This document shows, piece after piece, positions 1 to 9,171 of a DNA stretch of 64,000 nucleotides. Position 1 is the stretch's first letter. Each line of letters opens with the position of its first letter. A program made the position numbers and the translations under genes. Source of the stretch: Candidatus Nealsonbacteria bacterium (GTDB lineage: Bacteria > Patescibacteriota > Minisyncoccia > Minisyncoccales > RBG-13-42-11); the NCBI GenBank assembly GCA_026396115.1, contig JAPLXL010000007.1, positions 6,565-70,564 on the forward strand, in the 5' to 3' direction. The notes under the pieces are model-generated. The model was not told where the DNA came from, made no database searches, and was given only the letters and a program-made list of their open reading frames with translations.

Positions 1-1284
1 TTCATTAATTGTTGTTGTGCCTACTTGGTCAAGAATAGTAAAAGCGGTGATTACTTTGGCCGGGTTAGCAGCAACAGTTACCGTGACAATATAAGCTTGG
101 GTTAAAGAATCAGCAGCAGTGACGGTATAAGTGACAGGGTTAGTAAAATCAGTTTGAGTTAAAGAAGCCGGCCTGACTAATTCTCCGGCAATGGTGATTG
201 TCGGCACAAGAGCTGTAACAACAGTGCCGTAAGGCATAGTTAAGGCAATTGTCTTGGCACTTTCATTAATTGTCGTTGTGCCTACTTGATCGGGAACAGT
301 AAAAGCGGTAATGGCTTTATCTGTATAAGCAGCAACGGTTACCGTGACGGCGTAAGCCTGGGTTGAAGAATTAGCGGCGGTGACGGTATAAGTTACTGGA
401 CTTGTGAAATTTTGAGCCACGCTACTGGTTGGACTAACTGATACTCCGGCAATGGTGATTGTCGGCACAAGAGCTGTAACATCGGTGCCATAGGGCATAT
501 TTAAGGCAATTGTCTTGGCGCTTTCATTAATTGTTGCTATTGATGTTGTCGGCGTTTCTTCTGTGTAAAGATTTTCGGCAATAAAGTCAACATAACTTAT
601 ATCATCTGTCAGGGTAGCATCTCCTTTAATTGCAACGGTATCCACTCCATTAGTCCAATTAGTATAAGGTGCCATCCAATCTGTCCAAGCCCCTGAATTG
701 TATCTGTATCTTACTTGTTTAGATGGAGTGGAATGCCACTCAATTTCTAAAGAAACCCAAGTATTAAGCGTATAAGAGCCTATAGATACCCATTCGGGAG
801 TGGAGTTTACATAACCAATATATTGGTCATCGACGGTAGGCCAAGTTCCAAATACTATTCTTTCTGTATTTCCTTCTTGCAAAACAAAGGGAATATAAGT
901 ATGAGTGTCGGGATTTTTGAAATAAATTGTAATTCTTCCTTCACTACGCAAGTTTCCCAATTTTTTATAATATGTTGTTCCGGTTGAATTTTTAATTGCC
1001 TTTGCTCCTTCAAAAGTAGTAGTAGCCTGAACATTTATCAAGCCACTCGTTTTAACCCAATCACCCTGACCATCCAAATCTCCATCAATATAAGAATTAA
1101 AATCATCTCTAAGTGGTGTCCTCGCTTGGATAGGAACAGTAAAAGCAGTAATTGCTTTATCTGATTCGGCTGCCTTAACAGATTTCGTCGAAAAAGAGAA
1201 ACCACTTATAAGCACAAATATAGTAATCGTCAAGGCAACAAATTTATTCAGATTATTAAAGTATTTAGATGTAAATTTTTCCAT
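1..1284 (-). CDS. Secreted surface protein with ~87-aa Ig-like (DUF5018-like) tandem repeats; runs off the window start
   Basis: Not in the ORF track. Open from ATG at 1284 (MEKFTSKYFNNLNKFVALTITIFVLISG..., signal-peptide-like). Repeat unit DKAITAFT..TINESAKTIAL.MPYGT.VTALVPTITIAG...FT.PVTYTVTAA with a 261-nt period (ttcattaatt at 1, 262, 523). Confidence 0.85.
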   Translation of the reverse strand, partial: MEKFTSKYFNNLNKFVALTITIFVLISGFSFSTKSVKAAESDKAITAFTVPIQARTPLRDDFNSYIDGDLDGQGDWVKTSGLINVQATTTFEGAKAIKNSTGTTYYKKLGNLRSEGRITIYFKNPDTHTYIPFVLQEGNTERIVFGTWPTVDDQYIGYVNSTPEWVSIGSYTLNTWVSLEIEWHSTPSKQVRYRYNSGAWTDWMAPYTNWTNGVDTVAIKGDATLTDDISYVDFIAENLYTEETPTTSIATINESAKTIALNMPYGTDVTALVPTITIAGVSVSPTSSVAQNFTSPVTYTVTAANSSTQAYAVTVTVAAYTDKAITAFTVPDQVGTTTINESAKTIALTMPYGTVVTALVPTITIAGELVRPASLTQTDFTNPVTYTVTAADSLTQAYIVTVTVAANPAKVITAFTILDQVGTTTINE

Positions 1285-1306
1285 AATTTTATTTATATTT
1301 GCTTAT

Positions 1307-1948
1307 TTATCCTATCCAATAAATCATCAATGAGTTTAAGTCAAAAAGGTCAACCACCCCATCACCGTTAAAATCAGCGACATTACCAGACACAACCGTT
1401 CCCCAATTAACTATTAAAATATTGAAATCGAAAATATCAATTTTATTATCTTTGTTGGCATCCACTCTTTGAGCTTCGGAACTTAATGGACTCTTCGGAG
1501 GAGAAACAACTAAATTAATGCTATCCGAAACAACATTCGATGATTGATCCCACTTATTATAGAATTTAACATAGACGTTTTTTTGATCCTCGCCTTCGGA
1601 GAGAATCCAAACCTGGGTTGTTTGATAGATTTTCGACTGAGCGTATCTAAAATCAGAAAAATTGGAGATTACCATTTTTGTGGCATCTGGACCGCCATTT
1701 AAAACTAGAGTTACGTTTCGGGACTCTGTTTCTGCGGTCCCATTATTTATTACTATGTTAAATCCTCCGGCCGGTGGAGTGAGCGAAGGTAGTTGATATC
1801 CACCGCCACCGCCATAACCGAAAACTACAGAATTTAAGGCAAAATTTGGAGAATTAAACAAAACCAACGTAGCGACAAGACCCGCTATCAGAAAAATACA
1901 CCACCTCTGTCCGAAACTTATTTTTTTATTCTTTATTATTTCTCTCAT
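1307..1948 (-). CDS. Secreted protein with C-terminal dockerin type I (twin EF-hand-like) domain
   Basis: N-terminal hydrophobic segment; DANKDNKIDIFDFN and DFNGDGVVDLFDLN repeats. Confidence 0.8.
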   Translation of the reverse strand: MREIIKNKKISFGQRWCIFLIAGLVATLVLFNSPNFALNSVVFGYGGGGGYQLPSLTPPAGGFNIVINNGTAETESRNVTLVLNGGPDATKMVISNFSDFRYAQSKIYQTTQVWILSEGEDQKNVYVKFYNKWDQSSNVVSDSINLVVSPPKSPLSSEAQRVDANKDNKIDIFDFNILIVNWGTVVSGNVADFNGDGVVDLFDLNSLMIYWIG

Positions 1949-1953
1949 ATTTA

Positions 1954-2043
1954 TTAAACAAATAAAAAATCTTTCAAAATAAAAAACCCGCCCTTTATTA
2001 AGTAAAATTCGGCGGGGTATTTTTTATTTTGTTGATTTCTCAT
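1954..2043 (-). other. Putative leader peptide (uORF) MRNQQNKKYPAEFYLIKGGFFILKDFLFV
   Basis: ATG preceded by AAGGG; runs through the terminator; near-identical copy at 5961-6047. Confidence 0.45.
1977..2017 (-). terminator. Intrinsic terminator inside leader 1
   Basis: Minus strand CCCGCC-N18-GGCGGG followed by TTTTTTATTTT, upstream of the dockerin gene. Confidence 0.8.
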
Positions 2044-2055
2044 ATTTTTCCCTTG

Positions 2056-2083
2056 TGGTTAGATTAAAAATCCTTCCACTCAG
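2056..2083 (-). ncRNA. Conserved 28-nt leader hairpin, copy 1
   Basis: CTGA GTGG AA G GAT TTTA ATC T AA CCAC; covaries with copies at 6059-6086 and 22279-22306. Confidence 0.65.
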
Positions 2084-2109
2084 TTGTGATATTTTTTATT
2101 TATTAATCT

Positions 2110-2138
2110 ATTTTATTCTCCACAAACAACCCTGTCAA
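2110..2138 (-). promoter_or_regulatory. sigma70 promoter of leader 1
   Basis: TTGACA-17 bp-TAAAAT on the minus strand. Confidence 0.85.
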
Positions 2139-2189
2139 GCCCTTAATGTGGAAAACTTAAGTCTGTTGTTCCTTTTACGGCAAGCTTCC

Positions 2190-3860
2190 TCAATCAGCTT
2201 CAATTTCAGACATAATCAGCTGTTTATCCACGATAATCTTCTTCAGCCTATCGGAGGTTAGAAATTCGTATCGTAAATTATCCACCCCTTTTAAATCTTG
2301 AAAATAAACTATATATTTAATATTTTGCTTAACAAAAAAATTAATGGTTTCATCGGGAGCCAAATAAAAACCATCCCTGACAACTTTATCCACATTTATA
2401 TATTCCGGACTAAGTTCCTGGTCATAAATTTCTTTAATCTCAACGCTTTTACTGACAACAGCTTTCTCTCCAAAAAAATTGCTAGCCGGATTGGCTACCA
2501 ATAAATTATTATTAAAATTTAAAGACAAGTAGCCGTGCCAGGGCAAAAACAAAACCTTATAATTTGAACCGTCGACTTGAATAACGTTTTTCGCCTGGTT
2601 CCAAACCTCCGGGTACCAAACTGGTTTTATTTGCTTTTGAAACCCGCCCCACATTAAAAAGCCAAACAAAATAGGAATCAAAAATATTAATGAATTAAGA
2701 TTGTTAGTTAAATCTTTCTTTTTTTTATTTAAAAAATCGACAATTGCCATAACTCCAAATCCGGACAAAACTGCATAACTCAAAGCAAGAAAACCTGTAA
2801 ACTTTTGGCTGTCGCGAAATCCGGACCAAAAAGAAATATTTTTATAAAACCAGAGATTAAAATTTTTAAATATCGTCTCCCCTGCCCCGGTTGAGAAAAT
2901 AAAAGCAAAAAAACCTAAAATGGAAAAAAATATTATAACCGGCCTTGTTTTTTTATTTTTGAAACCGTTGATTAGACCGGCCAAAATTAATAACCCGATC
3001 AAGCCAAAGGCAATCCAAAAAACTATGTAACCCTGTGGCCAAGCAAATTGCTTTGACCATGGCTGACCCTCGCCCCAAAATCCGTTTAAAGATAAAACAT
3101 TTAGAGTGGTATTGATTTTATCGTGATTACTGGCGGCAAAGGCCTGCCAATGTTTAATATCAAATCTTTGTTCAAAAGGTTGATTGCGATTCATCGTGGG
3201 AATCAGCCAATAAGCGCTTACAACCGCAAACAACAATCCACCAAATATTAGGTTCTTTAATGTCAATTTTAATAAAGTAAGATTATTTCTCGCTAAATAT
3301 TTAATAAAATGAAATAAAAACCAAAAAACCATAATCATTACGGTCATTGCAAAAAAATGAAGCGAAAACAGGCTAATCAAAAGAATAGAGGCAAATAATT
3401 TAAGACTGATTTTGAAACTTGGCGATTCAGTAAATTTAAAAAGAAAATGAATAAAAACGGGTAGCAGAGCATAGGCCATTAAATGACCATAGTGCCCGGC
3501 CAAAAATCGTGAATACACAAAAGGGTTCAAGGTATAAACCAAGGCTGAAAACAGACGGACTGTTTTATTTTTCGGCAAAGGCAGAAATTTGAATGACAGA
3601 TATCCCAAGCTAAAAAATAAAATAAAAAGGATAATTTTTTGAATTATCCAGGAAGGAATTAAAATATTTAAAAAATGAATTAGATAGCTTATGGGTAAAG
3701 AGTTGTTATAACCGGTTTCGGAAAAAACCACTTTTGTTTCGGGAGTAAAAACCATATCCAGAGTCAAAACATAGCCAGGAAGCAGCATTTGCCAAAGGAT
3801 AAGCACAGCGATACCTAAAAATATAAGTATGAATTTATCAAATAGAAGTTTCTTGGTCAT
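2190..3860 (-). CDS. Polytopic membrane protein, GT-C fold glycosyltransferase-like
   Basis: Many TM helices; LTLDMVF acidic loop after TM1; YTLNPFVY and GFRDSQKF segments typical of such membrane proteins. Confidence 0.6.
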   Translation of the reverse strand: MTKKLLFDKFILIFLGIAVLILWQMLLPGYVLTLDMVFTPETKVVFSETGYNNSLPISYLIHFLNILIPSWIIQKIILFILFFSLGYLSFKFLPLPKNKTVRLFSALVYTLNPFVYSRFLAGHYGHLMAYALLPVFIHFLFKFTESPSFKISLKLFASILLISLFSLHFFAMTVMIMVFWFLFHFIKYLARNNLTLLKLTLKNLIFGGLLFAVVSAYWLIPTMNRNQPFEQRFDIKHWQAFAASNHDKINTTLNVLSLNGFWGEGQPWSKQFAWPQGYIVFWIAFGLIGLLILAGLINGFKNKKTRPVIIFFSILGFFAFIFSTGAGETIFKNFNLWFYKNISFWSGFRDSQKFTGFLALSYAVLSGFGVMAIVDFLNKKKKDLTNNLNSLIFLIPILFGFLMWGGFQKQIKPVWYPEVWNQAKNVIQVDGSNYKVLFLPWHGYLSLNFNNNLLVANPASNFFGEKAVVSKSVEIKEIYDQELSPEYINVDKVVRDGFYLAPDETINFFVKQNIKYIVYFQDLKGVDNLRYEFLTSDRLKKIIVDKQLIMSEIEAD

Positions 3861-4665
3861 TTTTTGCTCCTAAAATAATTTCTATATCAGTTGGCAGCCC
3901 CGAATCTTCAAACATCTCTAAATTATTATAAGAAGCGGATAAATAATCTTTAACTATATCTGCTTTCTCAAGATTGTTCAGGGAATATTTAATAATTGTT
4001 TTCTGATAATCTTTTTTATCGGCATCACCGGCTTTGATTATATTAAATCCTTGTCCGGCCATTTCATCTTTTAATTTGCGGGCAACGCCAATAACATCAG
4101 AACCGTTCAATATGGAAATTGTAATCTCGTTATTGGCGATAATAATTTGATCTGTGCCTAATTTAATTCTTATTTCATCCGATAGGCCGGATTCTTCTTT
4201 AATCAGCAATCCTTCTGAATCATGCAAAACCGATAATAATTCTAGAGCGATATCAGAACAGCCGGCACAATACTGAACTAAAGTGTCTTGATAAGGCACA
4301 CCACTGATTTTAGTTGTATAAATATTGAGACAACCCAATTTTTTGAATTTATCGGCTATTTTTACTTCTAACCCTTCCTGATCCGTAGTATTTTCAACCA
4401 GCACCTTAACATTCTCCCAATCAATATTTTTAGTTTTGAAATCCTCACCAGTTGGTTCTTGTTGATTTTCTGCTGTTTTTTCGGCTGTCTGCTTCTCATT
4501 TTCCGAATGAGTAGTGATTATGCTAGCCATCAATTTTTCGTTTTCACTGAACTTCTCTCCTATCTTTAAATAAAGAAAAGAAAAACATCCCGCAAATAAA
4601 ATTAAAGCTAGTAAAACCGTTCCTAGGGTAAAACTTAATATTTTTTTATTGCTCCAAAATTCCAT
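3838..4665 (-). CDS. Membrane-anchored protein with two LytR C-terminal domains
   Basis: VLVENTT..EGL and ISILNGS..IGVA repeats, ending IRIKLGTD and IEIILGA. Confidence 0.75.
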   Translation of the reverse strand: MEFWSNKKILSFTLGTVLLALILFAGCFSFLYLKIGEKFSENEKLMASIITTHSENEKQTAEKTAENQQEPTGEDFKTKNIDWENVKVLVENTTDQEGLEVKIADKFKKLGCLNIYTTKISGVPYQDTLVQYCAGCSDIALELLSVLHDSEGLLIKEESGLSDEIRIKLGTDQIIIANNEITISILNGSDVIGVARKLKDEMAGQGFNIIKAGDADKKDYQKTIIKYSLNNLEKADIVKDYLSASYNNLEMFEDSGLPTDIEIILGAKNDQETSI

Positions 4666-4707
4666 TAATTCGGTGTTTTTTCTTTTTTGTCTACAGAATA
4701 TAAAACA

Positions 4708-5922
4708 CTACTTAGTCGCATTAAAAACCGTTCGAATCTCCGAAGAATTTAAAGCCCGATTGTAAATTTTTACTTCATCAATAAAACCATTCCAGCTATG
4801 AACGCCCCAGCTATTACCTATCAAAATCGGCCAGTTCAGTTTGAAAGCAAAACTTCCCATTGTTTGTTCGCTTTTTAAGATTCCATCCACGTAAATCCGG
4901 GCATAATTATTGGGATAAGATAATACTGCGACAAAATGATGCCAATTGTCGCGATATTGCCGCGCATCAAACATTGCGTAGTTTCCCGTCGTACCATCGC
5001 TCCAATCAAGTCTTAAATTTGAAGTATTAACGAAACCGAAACTTACTGCTCCATTATCGGGCTGGCCTCCTCGTCCTATGAGTGTGGGATGAGTAGGTGT
5101 TGCATTGGAAAGAAGATAAGCCCAAGTTTCAAAAGTAATTTCGCCATTTTCAATATTTAAAGGATTTGATGTTTTAACGTAATTATCTTTGCCGTTAAAA
5201 GATAAAGCTTTACCAATTCTACCATCTACCCAGGCAGGTTCATTCATTAAAGTTCCGGTATTGTTGCCCGAAGAATCTGCGGCTTCTATTCCTTGCCCCT
5301 CGTCAAATTTCCAATAACCTACTAATCCCTGGGCTTTTGCCCAAAGTTGAAGATTGGAGCCGACCTCAAGTCTTACTGAATCAGTGCCACCGTCTTTTGG
5401 GGTTATTTTTTTGAGGTTTTCATCTGATTCCAATAAAGAAGTTAGGACAAAATTATTGTTTTCACCGACAACATAAGAGTAATAATAACCACTCTCCGCC
5501 GTATTAACCGAATCTGTCGGCAAAGATGATTTAAACTTAAAATCTTCAGGGAGTTTAGTAAAATCTACCGGCAGCCATCCTTGTCCGTTCAAGTCGCGGT
5601 AATTTTTTTCAGTCTGGCAGCGGTATTCCCAATTATTAGGAAGCGGGGGCAAATTTAAACCGCTGCAGTTTGTGCTATAAGCAGGGATAGAAATATAAAC
5701 CCTATTTTGATCGCCTAAAAAAGCATCTTGATTAGAATCTCGAAGTTTGCTTAAAGCAGAATCAATCAGGGTAAGATCTTCAATCCTTATCGGATCCCTG
5801 TCTTGTTTTGACAGTTCTGCGGCAAGGGGTTTCACCTTTAAAATATATATTGAAACCAAGACCGCGATAATTCCAATAATAATTAAAACTACTAATAATT
5901 TAATCTTTTTTTTGTTATCCAT
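4708..5922 (-). CDS. Membrane-anchored LamG (concanavalin-like) domain protein with pilin-like N-terminal region
   Basis: RDPIRIEDL pilin-like helix; GLVGYWKFDEG, WHHFVAV, IYVDG, FIDEVKIYNRAL LamG motifs. Confidence 0.8.
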   Translation of the reverse strand: MDNKKKIKLLVVLIIIGIIAVLVSIYILKVKPLAAELSKQDRDPIRIEDLTLIDSALSKLRDSNQDAFLGDQNRVYISIPAYSTNCSGLNLPPLPNNWEYRCQTEKNYRDLNGQGWLPVDFTKLPEDFKFKSSLPTDSVNTAESGYYYSYVVGENNNFVLTSLLESDENLKKITPKDGGTDSVRLEVGSNLQLWAKAQGLVGYWKFDEGQGIEAADSSGNNTGTLMNEPAWVDGRIGKALSFNGKDNYVKTSNPLNIENGEITFETWAYLLSNATPTHPTLIGRGGQPDNGAVSFGFVNTSNLRLDWSDGTTGNYAMFDARQYRDNWHHFVAVLSYPNNYARIYVDGILKSEQTMGSFAFKLNWPILIGNSWGVHSWNGFIDEVKIYNRALNSSEIRTVFNATK

Positions 5923-5960
5923 AAATTTTGTATGATAAATAATTACAAATTATATTGTAA

Positions 5961-6047
5961 TTATAATCCTCGTTTTTTCAAAATAAAAAACCCGCCCTTT
6001 ATTAAGTAAAATTCAGCGGGGTATTTTTTCTTTTGTTGATTTCGCAT
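5961..6047 (-). other. Putative leader peptide (uORF) MRNQQKKKYPAEFYLIKGGFFILKKRGL
   Basis: GAGG SD 7 nt upstream. Over the first 24 codons it differs from copy 1 by AGA>CGA (synonymous), AAT>AAG and GCC>GCT (synonymous). Confidence 0.45.
5981..6021 (-). terminator. Intrinsic terminator inside leader 2
   Basis: CCCGCT-N18-GGCGGG followed by a T tract; near-identical to leader 1. Confidence 0.8.
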
Positions 6048-6058
6048 ATTTTTTCCTC

Positions 6059-6086
6059 ATGGTTAGACAAATGTCCTTCCACTCAG
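6059..6086 (-). ncRNA. Conserved 28-nt leader hairpin, copy 2
   Basis: CTGA GTGG AA G GAC ATTT GTC T AA CCAT. Confidence 0.65.
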
Positions 6087-6108
6087 CTGTAATATCTTTT
6101 ATTAATAT

Positions 6109-6137
6109 ATTTTAATATTCACAAACAACGCTGTCAA
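6109..6137 (-). promoter_or_regulatory. sigma70 promoter of leader 2
   Basis: TTGACA-17 bp-TAAAAT. Confidence 0.85.
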
Positions 6138-6193
6138 GGCCGAAAATAGCCAAACAAATTTATCAATCTTTAAAATTTTATTGATTATTTCTT

Positions 6194-6802
6194 TCATTTA
6201 TTTTTTATATTTGGAGGGATAATGTCTAACACCAATCTCTTTTTTTGAACAAAAAATTCTCCTTCAGAAACCTCAGGGTGTTTTTTAAATTCAACGACCT
6301 GTAAAATAACCGCCATCGCTAAAAAACAATAAGCGTAAATTGCCATTTGCTCGGCAATATCTTCTTTCTTGAAAACTAACAATATCGGGCAGCTCGCCAA
6401 AAAAGCCAAAACAACTCCGACTAAAATTCGACTATCCCATTTATAAAGCAGAAATGTAAAGAAAATCATCCATAAAATAACTGTTTCAATGCTGAATTTC
6501 CACATTAAAAGTAGAGTCAAAATAATAATCAATAAAATTGTATGCAGTTTTTTCCTTGATATATCTTTCCTGGTTTTCTTGGATGTCTTTAAAACAATTC
6601 CGCTATCCCACCCATAAAGCAAGAGAATAAAAAAAATCACTGCAAAAATAATAATTTCAGCGGAAAATTTCCATAACATCAGCAAGCCCAAAACAATTAA
6701 AAATAAAATAAACTCTAATTTTTTATCAATCAGAATTCTTTTAATTTTCCCAAAGATTAGCGGATTATCCGGCGCATTTATGGCAATTCCAAATTTCTTC
6801 AT
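6194..6802 (-). CDS. Membrane protein with internal duplication
   Basis: Two copies of KKL..IL......LL..WKFS.E.......F..LLY.WDS.I. Confidence 0.7.
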   Translation of the reverse strand: MKKFGIAINAPDNPLIFGKIKRILIDKKLEFILFLIVLGLLMLWKFSAEIIIFAVIFFILLLYGWDSGIVLKTSKKTRKDISRKKLHTILLIIILTLLLMWKFSIETVILWMIFFTFLLYKWDSRILVGVVLAFLASCPILLVFKKEDIAEQMAIYAYCFLAMAVILQVVEFKKHPEVSEGEFFVQKKRLVLDIIPPNIKNK

Positions 6803-6846
6803 AAATTTTTTAAACTCCGTCGCTTATCTTTCTTTAGTAAAATTTG

Positions 6847-9171
6847 CTATGATATTTTTCTAATATTTTTCTTTTTAAATATTAAATAAACATACAAAAT
6901 AAATATTAAAAAACTGGTAATTCCTCCGATAATATAATATCTCTGCATATCCATAATTATTGCAAAATATTCGTATTCACCATTTGTATTTATCTTCCAG
7001 CCGTTGATATAATTATCAATTTTCTCGTGAGGAAGGTTATATTTTTGTAATCCTACCATTCCCAACAATTTAACATTGCCAAACAAATTATCGTTTAAGT
7101 GCCCACACTCGTAGATATTTGGATAACTCTCCGCGTAATTAGTGGAATTTTGACATTCAAAATCGTCATTTTTAATTTTGTATACGCTCCATTTCTTTGA
7201 AAACCCTTCATGCATTTTTAAAACATCTGAGTCGGATGTTTTTATTTTTAATAAATACATGAAATCCGCGACTTTCTCAAAATAAATTTCTGTTTTTACG
7301 TCATCAGAAGTAAATTTTGAAATCTCGTTATAATTTTTAATTTTATAAACACTATACCCTCCGTTTTCATAAACAGGTTTATCTATATCAACGGGGCTGT
7401 AATAATCTTGACTATTATATGTAAATTGGGGAATTATTTCCCCATACTTTCTCAAACTATCAATATCTTTGGAATAAATAATATATTTTATATTTAATTT
7501 CTTTGCCAAAGATAAAAGGGATTGTAAATTGTGTTCAAAATAATATTTTTTCGCTTCAGAATATATTGAGCTATCTAAAATCGAACCTAAAACCTTCAAA
7601 TTTCCGAGTAAATCGTAATTAGCGAGATTTTTAAAGCCGGTTATAGTAGAACGATAAATCTGTGATTCGTCTTGTCCTGTTATAAAAGCACCGTAGCCAT
7701 AACCTAAAGGAAAAAGCAATAACTTTGCATCGTCGTGTACATAGTCAGGGAAATCTTTTACCAACTTTTTGTAATCATCATTAAAATCCATGATTCTTTT
7801 TGTGTAAATTGGTTTTAAATTTTCTGTAAAAACAGCGCCGCTGATAAAAGAATAATTGACTGTTATCAAAACTAATAAACAGACACAAAAAACTATCTTT
7901 GAATATTTTGAAGGCATTTTTTTAAACAAATAATACAAAGAGGTTCCTACTAAGAGAGAGTAATAAAAAACAAAGGGGATATGAAATTTCATTGACGGAT
8001 AGCGATTCATATTAAAAATAGGAGTATGGACTATTAGGTAAATAAAAAATCTTTTAAAAATTTCAAATACGTCTACAAACAAAAAAAGAGAGGTCGTGAC
8101 AAATAAAATTAATATGGGAAGAATTATTTTTCTTTTGTCTTTAGGCAGCGTTATTAACCCTACAAATGTTAACAAAACTATAATATACATAAGGGAGCTT
8201 GTTTTGTTCATATATCTTGGATAGAGATCATAATTCTTCCAACCTTGTAATTCATTAATTTTTTCTGGATATAAATTAATAAAATAATCGTTTATTTTAT
8301 TTATATTAAATTCGGATTCAAGAGCTTTGACCATATAATTAATATTGCTTGTTCGATCAGCAATGGCAGAGCTTATACTGCTCCCGACAGAAGCCATGGA
8401 AGAATAAAAAATCGGAACAAGGATAATCGCATTAATAGCTAAAATAAAGAATATTAATTTAAAATATGATAGAAGCGCATATTTTATTTTACTAATACCA
8501 TAGTTAAAGTAACTTTGAATTAATATGAACAAGAATAGAAGAGCAAAAAAATTTAAAAAAACGGGCACAAGCAATGTTCTTGATAAAAACAATGACCAAA
8601 TTGCGCCGATGAGCAAGGGTTTGTTAGAGTCAATTTTTATAGCTTTTAATAAATAAAAAGTAAGAATAGGAGCTAAAACAATAACAAAAGTTGAAGGCAT
8701 TAAATAGTAGTATTCAACTATGACAAAATAGGCAGATAAAGAATAAAATAATCCCGCTATATAATAGGCGCAGGATTTTTTGTTGTCGTTTAAGAGCTCT
8801 AAAATTTTAACAATAGATAAGAACGAAATGCTTAAAATAAAACTAAATGTTAGCAATTGTAAATTTATTTTCCCAAATGTTATCAGTTTTATAACATATA
8901 ATAAAAAAGCGAAAATTAAGCTACCCCCCGGCATTTGAAATTGTGTTAAAGCATCTCCGCCAAACCAAGAAGAAAGGGAAGCTGCCAATGTTCCTAATGG
9001 ATTATAGTATGACAATCCAGTATCGTCTTCTCCCAATAAATATAAATTTTGATGAAACCAAAAAAATGGCAATATAATTAGAGCGACGAAAAGACAATAA
9101 AAAATTAAATTATTAGAAAAATACTTCTTAGTCTTTATAAAACCGATATTAAATAAATTCCTCAATTTCAT
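6847..9171 (-). CDS. Large polytopic membrane protein, GT-C glycosyltransferase-like
   Basis: GEDD acidic motif after TM1; about 12 TM segments, a soluble domain and a C-terminal TM. Confidence 0.6.
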   Translation of the reverse strand: MKLRNLFNIGFIKTKKYFSNNLIFYCLFVALIILPFFWFHQNLYLLGEDDTGLSYYNPLGTLAASLSSWFGGDALTQFQMPGGSLIFAFLLYVIKLITFGKINLQLLTFSFILSISFLSIVKILELLNDNKKSCAYYIAGLFYSLSAYFVIVEYYYLMPSTFVIVLAPILTFYLLKAIKIDSNKPLLIGAIWSLFLSRTLLVPVFLNFFALLFLFILIQSYFNYGISKIKYALLSYFKLIFFILAINAIILVPIFYSSMASVGSSISSAIADRTSNINYMVKALESEFNINKINDYFINLYPEKINELQGWKNYDLYPRYMNKTSSLMYIIVLLTFVGLITLPKDKRKIILPILILFVTTSLFLFVDVFEIFKRFFIYLIVHTPIFNMNRYPSMKFHIPFVFYYSLLVGTSLYYLFKKMPSKYSKIVFCVCLLVLITVNYSFISGAVFTENLKPIYTKRIMDFNDDYKKLVKDFPDYVHDDAKLLLFPLGYGYGAFITGQDESQIYRSTITGFKNLANYDLLGNLKVLGSILDSSIYSEAKKYYFEHNLQSLLSLAKKLNIKYIIYSKDIDSLRKYGEIIPQFTYNSQDYYSPVDIDKPVYENGGYSVYKIKNYNEISKFTSDDVKTEIYFEKVADFMYLLKIKTSDSDVLKMHEGFSKKWSVYKIKNDDFECQNSTNYAESYPNIYECGHLNDNLFGNVKLLGMVGLQKYNLPHEKIDNYINGWKINTNGEYEYFAIIMDMQRYYIIGGITSFLIFILYVYLIFKKKNIRKIS

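Noticed and set aside
2056..2083. Leader hairpin as a hammerhead ribozyme or known riboswitch
   Set aside because: CTGAGTG is not the CUGANGA core, no three-stem junction is evident, and I recognise no known aptamer consensus. An Rfam scan is still needed.
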